DNA of 64,000 bases from Eledone cirrhosa (Eukaryota). A program made the position numbers and the translations under genes. Of the stretch, positions 53,201-64,000 are shown in pieces. A model generated the notes under the pieces. It ran no database searches. It was given only the letters and a program-made list of their open reading frames with translations, and had not been told where the DNA came from. The stretch spans positions 247,070,001-247,134,000 of the forward strand of contig OZ024741.1 of the NCBI GenBank assembly GCA_964016885.1. The letters are read 5' to 3'. Position 1 is the first letter of the stretch. Every line of letters starts with the position of its first letter.

Positions 53201-55950
53201 TTGGAAGGATGGAAATTATCTCCCCTTGGACGGCTGAAAATTATCTACCCCTGATTTTTTTTACAAATTATCTCCCCCTGATTTTTTTTACAAATTATCT
53301 CCCCCTGATTTTTTTTTACAAATTATCTCCCCCTGATTTTTTTTTTACAAATTATCTCCCCCTGATTTTTTTACAAATTATCTCCCCCTGATTTTTTTTA
53401 CAATCTCCGCCTGATTTTTTAAAAAATTATCTTCCCTTGGCTGGCGGGAAATTATCTCCCCTTGGACGGCTGGAAATTATCTCCCCTTGGAAGGATGGAA
53501 ATTATCTCCCCTTGGACGGCTGGAAATTATCTCCCCTTGCACGGCTGGAAATTATAGCCCCTTGGAGGGCTGGAAATTATCTCCCCTCGATATTTTTTAC
53601 AAATTATCTCCCCCTGATTTTTTTTTCAAATTATCTCCCCCTGATTTTTTTTACAAATTATCTCCCCCCTGATTTTTTTACAAATTATCTCCCCTTGGCT
53701 GGCTGGAAATTATCTCCTCTTGGAGGCTGGAACTTATCTCCCCTTGGACGGCTAGAAATTACCTCTCCTTGGACGGCTGGAAAATATGTCTCCTTGGACG
53801 GCTGGATATTATCTCCCCTTGGACGGCTGGAAATTATCTCCCCTTGGACGGCTGGAAATTATCTCCCCTTGGATGGCTAGATATTACCTCCCCTTGGACG
53901 GCTGGAAATTATCTCCCCTTGATTATTTTTACAAATTATCTCCCCCTGATTTTTTTTTACAAATTATCTCCCCCTGATTTTTTTTTAAAAATTATCTCCC
54001 CCTGATTTTTGTTTACAAATTATCTCCGCCTGATTTTTTTAAAAAAATTATCTCCCCTTGGACGGCTGGAAATTATCTCCCCTTGGACGGCTGGAAATTA
54101 TATCTCCTTGGACGGCTAAAATTTACCTCTCCTTGGACGGCTGAAAATTATCTCCCCTTGGACGGCTGGAAATTATCTCCCCTTGATTTTTTTTACAAAT
54201 TATCTCCCCCTGATTTTTTTTTACAAATTATCTCCCCCTGATTTTTTTTTACAAATTATCTCCCCCTGATTTTTTTTTACAAATTATCTCCGCCTGATTT
54301 TTTTTACAAATTATCTCCGCCTGATTTTTTAAAATATTATCTCTCCTTGGCTGGCGGGAAATTATCTCCCCTTGGACGGCTGGAAATTATCTCCCCTTGG
54401 AAGGATGGAAATTATCTCCCCTTGGACGGCTGGAAATTATCTACCCCTGATTTTTTTTACAAATTATCTCCCCCTGATTTTTTTACAAATTATCTCCCCC
54501 TGATTTTTTTTACAAATTATCTCCGCCTGATTTTTTTAAATGTTATCTCTCCTTGGCTGGCGGGAAATTATCTCCCCTTGGACGGCTGGAAATTATCTCC
54601 CCTTGGAAGGATGGAAATTATCTCCCCTTGGACGGCTGAAAATTATCTACCCCTGATTTTTTTTACAAATTATCTCCCCCTGATTTTTTTTACAAATTAT
54701 CTCCCCCTGATTTTTTTTACAAATTATCTACCCCTGATTTTTTCTACAAATTATCTCCCCCTGATTTTTTTTACAAATTATCTCCCCCTGATTTTTTTTT
54801 TACAAATTATCTCCCCCTGATTTTTTTACAAATTATCTCCCCCTGATTTTTTTTTTACAAATTATCTCCCCCTGATTTTTTTACAAATTATCTCCCCTTG
54901 GCTGGCTGGAAATTTTCTCCCCTTGGAGGCTGGAACTTATCTCCCCTTGGACGGCTAGAAATTACCTCTCCTTGGACGGCTGGAAAATATGTCTCCTTGG
55001 ACGGCTGGATATTATCTCCCCTTGGACGGCTGGAAATTATCTCCCCTTGGACGGCTGGAAATTATCTCCCCTTGGATGGCAAGATATTACCTCCCCTTGG
55101 ACGGCTGGAAATCATCTCCCCTTGATTTTTTTTACAAATTATCTCCCCCTGATTTTTTTTTACAAATTATCTCCCCCTGATTTTTTTTTACAAATTATCT
55201 CCCCCTGATTTTTGTTTACAAATTATCTCCGCCTGATTTTTTAAAAAAAATTATCTCCCCTTGGACGGCTGGAAATTATCTCCCCTTGGACGGCTAGAAA
55301 TTACCTCCTTGGACGGCTGAAAATTATCTCCCCTTGGACGGCTGGAAATTATCTCCCCTTGATTTTTTTACAAATTATCTCCCCCTGATTTTTTTTTACA
55401 AATTATCTCCCCCTGATTTTTTTTTACAAATTATCTACCCCTGATTTTTTTTTACAAATTATCTCCCCCTGATTTTTTTTACAAATTATCTCTGATTTTT
55501 TTTTACAAATTATCTCCCCCTGATTTTTTTACAAATTATCTCCCCCTGATTTTTTTTACAAATTATCTCCGCCTGATTTTTTTAAATATTATCTCTCCTT
55601 GGCTGGCGGGAAATTATCTCCCCTTGGACGGCTGGAAATTATCTCCCCTTGGAAGGATGGAAATTATCTCCCCTTGGACGGCTGGAAATTATCTACCCCT
55701 GATTTTTTTTACAAATTATCTCCCCCTGATTTTTTTTACAAATTATCTCCCCCTGATTTTTTTTTACAAATTATCTACATCTGATTTTTTTACAAATTAT
55801 CTCCCCTTGGCTGGCTGGAAATTATCTCCCCTTGGACGGCTAGAAATTACCTCTCCTTGGACGGCTGAAAATTATCTCCCCTTGGACGGCTGGAAATTAT
55901 CTCCCCTTGATTTTTTTACAAATCATCTCCCCCTGATTTTTTTTTTACAA
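50275..55950. repeat. Tandem duplication of a ~2.8 kb segment (junction ~53087)
   Basis: Offset of 2812 at 50364/53176, 50625/53437, 51535/54347 and 52086/54898. Shared variants cccctcgatatt and ggatggcaag. Confidence 0.9.
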
Positions 55951-58900
55951 ATTATCTCCCCCTGATTTTTTTTTACAAATTATCTACCCCTGATTTTTTT
56001 TTACAAATTATCTCCCCTTGATTTTTTTTACAAATTATCTCCCCCTGATTTTTTTTACAAATTATCTCCCCCTGATTTTTTTTTACAAATTATCTCCCCC
56101 TGATTTTTGTTTACAAATTATCTCCGCGTGATTTTTTTAAAAAAATTATCTCCCCTTGGACGGCTGGAAATTATCTCCCCTTGGACGGCTAGAAATTACC
56201 TCTCCTTGGACGGCTGAAAATTATCTCCCCTTGGACGGCTGGAAATTATCTCCCCTTGATTTTTTTACAAATTATCTCCCCCTGATTTTTTTTTTACAAA
56301 TTGTCTCCCCCTGATTTTTTTTTACAAATTATCTACCCCTGATTTTTTTTTACAAATTATCTCCCCCTGATTTTTTTTTATGAATTATCTCCCCCTGATT
56401 TTTTTTTACAAATTATCTCCCCCTGATTTTTTTAAATGTTATCTATCCTTGGCTGGCGGGAAAGTATCTCCCCTTGGACGGCTGGAAATTATCTCCCCTT
56501 GGAAGGATGGAAATTATCTCCCCTTGGACGGCTGAAAATTATCTACCCCTGATTTTTTTTACAAATTATCTCCCCCTGATTTTTTTACAAATTATCTCCG
56601 CCTGATTTTTTTAAATGTTATCTCTCCTTGGCTGGCGGGAAATTATCTCCCCTTGGACGGCTGGAAATTATCTCCCCTTGGAAGGATGGAAATTATCTCC
56701 CCTTGGACGGCTGAAAATTATCTACCCCTGATTTTTTTTACAAATTATCTCCCCCTGATTTTTTTTACAAATTATCTCCCCCTGATTTTTTTTACAAATT
56801 ATCTACCCCTGATTTTTTTTACAAATTATCTCCCCCTGATTTTTTTTACAAATTATCTCCCCCTGATTTTTTTTTACAAATTATCTCCCCCTGATTTTTT
56901 TTTACAAATTATCTCCCCCTGATTTTTTTACAAATTATCTCCCCCTGATTTTTTTTACAATCTCCGCCTGATTTTTTAAAAAATTATCTTCCCTTGGGTG
57001 GCGGGAAATTATCTCCCCTTGGACGGCTGGAAATTATCTCCCCTTGGAAGGATGGAAATTATCTCCCCTTGCACGGCTGGAAATTATAGCCCCTTGGAGG
57101 GCTGGAAATTATCTCCCCTTGATATTTTTTACAAATTATCTCCCCCTGATTTTTTTTTCAAATTATCTCCCCCTGATTTTTTTTACAAATTATCTCCCCC
57201 CTGATTTTTTTACAAATTATCTCCCCTTGGCTGGCTGGAAATTATCTTCCCTTGGAGGCTGGAACTTATCTCCCCTTGGACGGCTAGAAATTACCTCTCC
57301 TTGGACGGCTGGAAAATATGTCTCCTTGGACGGCTGGATATTATCTCCCCTTGGACGGCTGGAAATTATCTCCCCTTGGACGGCTGGAAATTATCTCCCC
57401 TTGGATGGCTAGATATTACCTCCCCTTGGACGGCTGGAAATTATCTCCCCTTGATTTTTTTACAAATTATCTCCCCCTGATTTTTTTTTACAAATTATCT
57501 CCCCCTGATTTTTTTTTACAAATTATCTACCCCTGATTTTTTTTTACAAATTATCTCCCCCTGATTTTTTTACAAATTATCTCCCCCTGATTTTTTTTAC
57601 AAATTATCTCCGCCTGATTTTTTTAAATATTATCTCTCCTTGGCTGGCGGGAAATTATCTCCCCTTGGACGGCTGGAAATTATCTCCCCTTGGAAGGATG
57701 GAAATTATCTCCCCTTGGACGGCTGGAAATTATCTACCCCTGATTTTTTTTACAAATTATCTCCCCCTGATTTTTTTTACAAATTATCTCCCCCTGATTT
57801 TTTTTTACAAATTATCTACATCTGATTTTTTTACAAATTATCTCCCCTTGGCTGGCTGGAAATTATCTCCCCTTGGACGGCTAGAAATTACCTCTCCTTG
57901 GACGGCTGAAAATTATCTCCCCTTGGACGGCTGGAAATTATCTCCCCTTGATTTTTTTACAAATCATCTCCCCCTGATTTTTTTTTTACAAATTATCTCC
58001 CCCTGATTTTTTTACAAATTATCTCCGCCTGATTTTTTTAAATGTTATCTCTCCTTGGCTGGCGGGAAATTATCTCCCCTTGGACGGCTGGAAATTATCT
58101 CCCCTTGGAAGGATGGAAATTATCTCCCCTTGGACGGCTGAAAATTATCTACCCCTGATTTTTTTTACAAATTATCTCCCCCTGATTTTTTTTACAAATT
58201 ATCTCCCCCTGATTTTTTTTTACAAATTATCTCCCCCTGATTTTTTTTTTACAAATTATCTCCCCCTGATTTTTTTACAAATTATCTCCCCCTGATTTTT
58301 TTTACAATCTCCGCCTGATTTTTTAAAAAATTATCTTCCCTTGGCTGGCGGGAAATTATCTCCCCTTGGACGGCTGGAAATTATCTCCCCTTGGAAGGAT
58401 GGAAATTATCTCCCCTTGGACGGCTGGAAATTATCTCCCCTTGCACGGCTGGAAATTATAGCCCCTTGGAGGGCTGGAAATTATCTCCCCTCGATATTTT
58501 TTACAAATTATCTCCCCCTGATTTTTTTTTCAAATTATCTCCCCCTGATTTTTTTTACAAATTATCTCCCCCCTGATTTTTTTACAAATTATCTCCCCTT
58601 GGCTGGCTGGAAATTATCTCCTCTTGGAGGCTGGAACTTATCTCCCCTTGGACGGCTAGAAATTACCTCTCCTTGGACGGCTGGAAAATATGTCTCCTTG
58701 GACGGCTGGATATTATCTCCCCTTGGACGGCTGGAAATTATCTCCCCTTGGACGGCTGGAAATTATCTCCCCTTGGATGGCTAGATATTACCTCCCCTTG
58801 GACGGCTGGAAATTATCTCCCCTTGATTATTTTTACAAATTATCTCCCCCTGATTTTTTTTTACAAATTATCTCCCCCTGATTTTTTTTTAAAAATTATC

Positions 58901-61900
58901 TCCCCCTGATTTTTGTTTACAAATTATCTCCGCCTGATTTTTTTAAAAAAATTATCTCCCCTTGGACGGCTGGAAATTATCTCCCCTTGGACGGCTGGAA
59001 ATTATATCTCCTTGGACGGCTAAAATTTACCTCTCCTTGGACGGCTGAAAATTATCTCCCCTTGGACGGCTGGAAATTATCTCCCCTTGATTTTTTTTAC
59101 AAATTATCTCCCCCTGATTTTTTTTTACAAATTATCTCCCCCTGATTTTTTTTTACAAATTATCTCCCCCTGATTTTTTTTTACAAATTATCTCCGCCTG
59201 ATTTTTTTTACAAATTATCTCCGCCTGATTTTTTAAAATATTATCTCTCCTTGGCTGGCGGGAAATTATCTCCCCTTGGACGGCTGGAAATTATCTCCCC
59301 TTGGAAGGATGGAAATTATCTCCCCTTGGACGGCTGGAAATTATCTACCCCTGATTTTTTTTACAAATTATCTCCCCCTGATTTTTTTACAAATTATCTC
59401 CCCCTGATTTTTTTTACAAATTATCTCCGCCTGATTTTTTTAAATGTTATCTCTCCTTGGCTGGCGGGAAATTATCTCCCCTTGGACGGCTGGAAATTAT
59501 CTCCCCTTGGAAGGATGGAAATTATCTCCCCTTGGACGGCTGAAAATTATCTACCCCTGATTTTTTTTACAAATTATCTCCCCCTGATTTTTTTTACAAA
59601 TTATCTCCCCCTGATTTTTTTTACAAATTATCTACCCCTGATTTTTTCTACAAATTATCTCCCCCTGATTTTTTTTACAAATTATCTCCCCCTGATTTTT
59701 TTTTTACAAATTATCTCCCCCTGATTTTTTTACAAATTATCTCCCCCTGATTTTTTTTTTACAAATTATCTCCCCCTGATTTTTTTACAAATTATCTCCC
59801 CTTGGCTGGCTGGAAATTTTCTCCCCTTGGAGGCTGGAACTTATCTCCCCTTGGACGGCTAGAAATTACCTCTCCTTGGACGGCTGGAAAATATGTCTCC
59901 TTGGACGGCTGGATATTATCTCCCCTTGGACGGCTGGAAATTATCTCCCCTTGGACGGCTGGAAATTATCTCCCCTTGGATGGCAAGATATTACCTCCCC
60001 TTGGACGGCTGGAAATCATCTCCCCTTGATTTTTTTTACAAATTATCTCCCCCTGATTTTTTTTTACAAATTATCTCCCCCTGATTTTTTTTTACAAATT
60101 ATCTCCCCCTGATTTTTGTTTACAAATTATCTCCGCCTGATTTTTTAAAAAAAATTATCTCCCCTTGGACGGCTGGAAATTATCTCCCCTTGGACGGCTA
60201 GAAATTACCTCCTTGGACGGCTGAAAATTATCTCCCCTTGGACGGCTGGAAATTATCTCCCCTTGATTTTTTTACAAATTATCTCCCCCTGATTTTTTTT
60301 TACAAATTATCTCCCCCTGATTTTTTTTTACAAATTATCTACCCCTGATTTTTTTTTACAAATTATCTCCCCCTGATTTTTTTTACAAATTATCTCTGAT
60401 TTTTTTTTACAAATTATCTCCCCCTGATTTTTTTACAAATTATCTCCCCCTGATTTTTTTTACAAATTATCTCCGCCTGATTTTTTTAAATATTATCTCT
60501 CCTTGGCTGGCGGGAAATTATCTCCCCTTGGACGGCTGGAAATTATCTCCCCTTGGAAGGATGGAAATTATCTCCCCTTGGACGGCTGGAAATTATCTAC
60601 CCCTGATTTTTTTTACAAATTATCTCCCCCTGATTTTTTTTACAAATTATCTCCCCCTGATTTTTTTTTACAAATTATCTACATCTGATTTTTTTACAAA
60701 TTATCTCCCCTTGGCTGGCTGGAAATTATCTCCCCTTGGACGGCTAGAAATTACCTCTCCTTGGACGGCTGAAAATTATCTCCCCTTGGACGGCTGGAAA
60801 TTATCTCCCCTTGATTTTTTTACAAATCATCTCCCCCTGATTTTTTTTTTACAAATTATCTCCCCCTGATTTTTTTTTACAAATTATCTACCCCTGATTT
60901 TTTTTTACAAATTATCTCCCCTTGATTTTTTTTACAAATTATCTCCCCCTGATTTTTTTTACAAATTATCTCCCCCTGATTTTTTTTTACAAATTATCTC
61001 CCCCTGATTTTTGTTTACAAATTATCTCCGCGTGATTTTTTTAAAAAAATTATCTCCCCTTGGACGGCTGGAAATTATCTCCCCTTGGACGGCTAGAAAT
61101 TACCTCTCCTTGGACGGCTGAAAATTATCTCCCCTTGGACGGCTGGAAATTATCTCCCCTTGATTTTTTTACAAATTATCTCCCCCTGATTTTTTTTTTA
61201 CAAATTGTCTCCCCCTGATTTTTTTTTACAAATTATCTACCCCTGATTTTTTTTTACAAATTATCTCCCCCTGATTTTTTTTTATGAATTATCTCCCCCT
61301 GATTTTTTTTTACAAATTATCTCCCCCTGATTTTTTTAAATGTTATCTATCCTTGGCTGGCGGGAAAGTATCTCCCCTTGGACGGCTGGAAATTATCTCC
61401 CCTTGGAAGGATGGAAATTATCTCCCCTTGGACGGCTGAAAATTATCTACCCCTGATTTTTTTTACAAATTATCTCCCCCTGATTTTTTTACAAATTATC
61501 TCCGCCTGATTTTTTTAAATGTTATCTCTCCTTGGCTGGCGGGAAATTATCTCCCCTTGGACGGCTGGAAATTATCTCCCCTTGGAAGGATGGAAATTAT
61601 CTCCCCTTGGACGGCTGAAAATTATCTACCCCTGATTTTTTTTACAAATTATCTCCCCCTGATTTTTTTTACAAATTATCTCCCCCTGATTTTTTTTACA
61701 AATTATCTACCCCTGATTTTTTTTACAAATTATCTCCCCCTGATTTTTTTTACAAATTATCTCCCCCTGATTTTTTTTTACAAATTATCTCCCCCTGATT
61801 TTTTTTTACAAATTATCTCCCCCTGATTTTTTTACAAATTATCTCCCCCTGATTTTTTTTACAATCTCCGCCTGATTTTTTAAAAAATTATCTTCCCTTG

Positions 61901-62340
61901 GGTGGCGGGAAATTATCTCCCCTTGGACGGCTGGAAATTATCTCCCCTTGGAAGGATGGAAATTATCTCCCCTTGCACGGCTGGAAATTATAGCCCCTTG
62001 GAGGGCTGGAAATTATCTCCCCTTGATATTTTTTACAAATTATCTCCCCCTGATTTTTTTTTCAAATTATCTCCCCCTGATTTTTTTTACAAATTATCTC
62101 CCCCCTGATTTTTTTACAAATTATCTCCCCTTGGCTGGCTGGAAATTATCTTCCCTTGGAGGCTGGAACTTATCTCCCCTTGGACGGCTAGAAATTACCT
62201 CTCCTTGGACGGCTGGAAAATATGTCTCCTTGGACGGCTGGATATTATCTCCCCTTGGACGGCTGGAAATTATCTCCCCTTGGACGGCTGGAAATTATCT
62301 CCCCTTGGATGGCTAGATATTACCTCCCCTTGGACGGCTG
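52530..62340. repeat. Tandem duplication of a 4904-bp segment (junction ~57435)
   Basis: Offset of 4904 at 52736/57640, 53176/58080, 54898/59802, 56998/61902 and 57318/62222. Shared ctcctcttgg at ~53714/58618. Confidence 0.92.
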
Positions 62341-64000
62341 GAAATTATCTCCCCTTGATTTTTTTTACAAATTATCTCCCCCTGATTTTTTTTTACAAAT
62401 TATCTCCCCCTGATTTTTTTTTAAAAATTATCTCCCCCTGATTTTTGTTTACAAATTATCTCCGCCTGATTTTTTTTTTAAAATTATCTCCCCTTGGACG
62501 GCTGGAAATTATCTCCCCTTGGACGGCTGGAAATTATATCTCCTTGGACGGCTAGAATTTACCTCTCCTTGGACGGCTGAAAATTATCTCCCCTTGGACG
62601 GCTGGAAATTATCTCCCCTTGATTTTTTTTACAAATTATCTACCCCTGATTTTTTTTACAAATTATCTCCCCCTGATTTTTTTACAAATTATCTCCCCCT
62701 GATTTTTTTTACAAATTATCTCCGCCTGATTTTTTTAAATGTTATCTCTCCTTGGCTGGCGGGAAATTATCTCCCCTTGGACGGCTGGAAATTATCTCCC
62801 CTTGGAAGGATGGAAATTATCTCCCCTTGGACGGCTGGAAATTATCTACCCCTGATTTTTTTTACAAATTATCTCCCCCTGATTTTTTATACAAATTATC
62901 TCCCCCTGATTTTTTTTTACAAATTATCTACCCCTGATTTTTTTACAAATTATCTCCCCTTGGCTGGCTGGAAATTATCTCCCCTTGGACGGCTAGAAAT
63001 TACCTCTCCTTGGACGGCTGAAAATTATCTCCCCTTGGACGGCTGGAAATTATCTCCCCTTGATTTTTTTACAAATTATCTCCCCCTGATTTTTTTTTTA
63101 CAAATTATCTCCCCCTGATTTTTTTTTACAAATTATCTACCCCTGATTTTTTTTTACAAATTATCTCCCCTAGATTTTTTTTACAAATTATCTCCCCCTG
63201 ATTTTTTTTACAAATTATCTCCCCCTGATTTTTTTTTACAAATTATCTCCCCCTGATTTTTGTTTACAAATTATCTCCGCCTGATTTTTTTAAAAAAATT
63301 ATCTCCCCTTGGACGGCTGGAAATTATCTCCCCTTGGACGGCTAGAAATTACCTCTCCTTGGACGGCTGAAAATTATCTCCCCTTGGACGGCTGGAAATT
63401 ATCTCCCCTTGATTTTTTTACAAATTATCTCCGCCTGATTTTTTTTTTACAAATTATCTCCCCCTGATTTTTTTTTACAAATTATCTCCCCCTGATTTTT
63501 TTTTACAAATTATTTCCCCCTGATTTTTTTTTACAAATTATCTCCCCCTAATTTTTTTTTACAAATTATCTCCCCCTAATTTTTTTACAAATTATCTCCC
63601 CTTGGCTGGCTGGAAATTATCTCCCCTTGGAGGCTGGAACTTATCTCCCCTTGGACGGCTAGAAATTACGTCTCCTTGGACGGCTGGAAAATATGTCTCC
63701 TTGGACGGCTGGATATTATCTCCACTTGGACGGCTGGAAATTATCTCCCCTTGGACGGCTGGAAATTATCTCCCCTTGGATGGCTAGATATTACCTCCCC
63801 TTGGACGGCTGGAAATTATCTCCCCTTGATTTTTTTTACAAATTATCTCCCCCTGATTTTTTTTTACAAATTATCTCCCCCTGATTTTTTTTTACAAATT
63901 ATCTCCCCCTGATTTTTGTTTACAAATTATCTCCGCCTGATTTTTTTAAAAAAATTATCTCCCCTTGGACGGCTGGAAATTATCTCCCCTTGGACGGCTA

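Larger units (their letters stand above)
1..64000. repeat. Complex two-monomer satellite DNA array (25-bp type A and 26-30-bp type B sharing the core AAATTATCTCCCCYTG); runs off both window ends
   Basis: The core recurs every 23-30 bp from base 1 to 64000, always in the same orientation, with no unique sequence seen. A = aaattatctccccttggacggctgg; B = aaattatctccccctga(t7-11)ac. Confidence 0.99.
31581..64000. repeat. Second copy of a large super-repeat, paralogous to positions 1 to ~17170, with internal duplications and deletions
   Basis: Rare variants recur in colinear order: ttcgctgg 1224/32804/40898; ggctagcggg ~3006/34612/42656; ccgcgtga ~12338/56124/61028; ctccacttgg ~16887/63720. Confidence 0.88.

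Noticed and set aside
515-63912. The many short + strand ORFs (60-199 aa) with WKLSPLGRLEIISP / TNYLPLIFF repeats
   Set aside because: They are translations of the repeat. 25-bp monomers cycle through all three frames, 27-bp (T8) monomers give 9-aa repeats, and frames switch with T length. Most starts are TTG, ORFs overlap in all frames, and I recognise no domain.
1-64000. CRISPR-like repeat-spacer array
   Set aside because: The constant part is only ~16 nt and the spacers are 9-14 nt of two recurring types rather than unique. There is no leader and no cas gene.
1-64000. Telomerase-made long telomeric repeat like the 23-25 bp yeast repeats
   Set aside because: Multi-level HORs and kb-scale duplications with inherited variants indicate recombinational amplification, not templated addition. 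The sequence matches no telomere repeat I know. A subtelomeric location cannot be excluded.
1-64000. Canonical G-quadruplex or i-motif array
   Set aside because: Minus-strand G tracts are separated by 21-25 nt loops, and + strand A tails carry only three GG pairs. Neither fits the canonical short-loop pattern.
1-64000. Sequencing concatemer or synthetic data-storage construct
   Set aside because: Variants are hierarchically shared in a tree-like pattern with indels between copies. This fits natural array evolution, not random read error or designed encoding. Individual duplications still need read validation.
1-64000. Assignment as centromere, germline-eliminated DNA or a named satellite family
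   Set aside because: No recognisable diagnostic motif (e.g. CENP-B box) and no flanking context. The function cannot be determined from this sequence alone.

Overview
All 64 kb is one uninterrupted, head-to-tail satellite array on a single strand. I see no genes, RNA genes, transposon remnants or unique sequence. It holds roughly 2,400 monomers (estimated as 64,000/~26.5). Each monomer has a shared 16-nt core, AAATTATCTCCCC(C/T)TG, followed by one of two tails. Type A is 25 bp (AAATTATCTCCCCTTGGACGGCTGG, 52% GC). Type B is 26-30 bp (AAATTATCTCCCCCTGA-T7..11-AC, ~30% GC). The monomers form stereotyped blocks, which I label X (9 A), Y/Y' (4-5 A), Z1/Z2 (4 A) and W (6 A), separated by B runs and dedicated junction monomers. 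These build a ~1.2 kb higher-order repeat (HOR). Shared rare variants reveal larger layers: nested tandem duplications of ~8.1, ~2.8 and ~4.9 kb, and a ~31.6 kb super-repeat in which 1-17.2 kb is replayed, with expansions and deletions, from 31.6 kb to the window end. All listed ORFs are translation artefacts of the repeat. The most unusual details are the two-tail block grammar, a T(n)A(14-n) junction whose T/A boundary slides while total length stays fixed, and heritable position-specific poly-T lengths. The array looks like eukaryotic heterochromatic satellite, but I cannot identify the organism or family, and I find no evidence for a protein-coding system.
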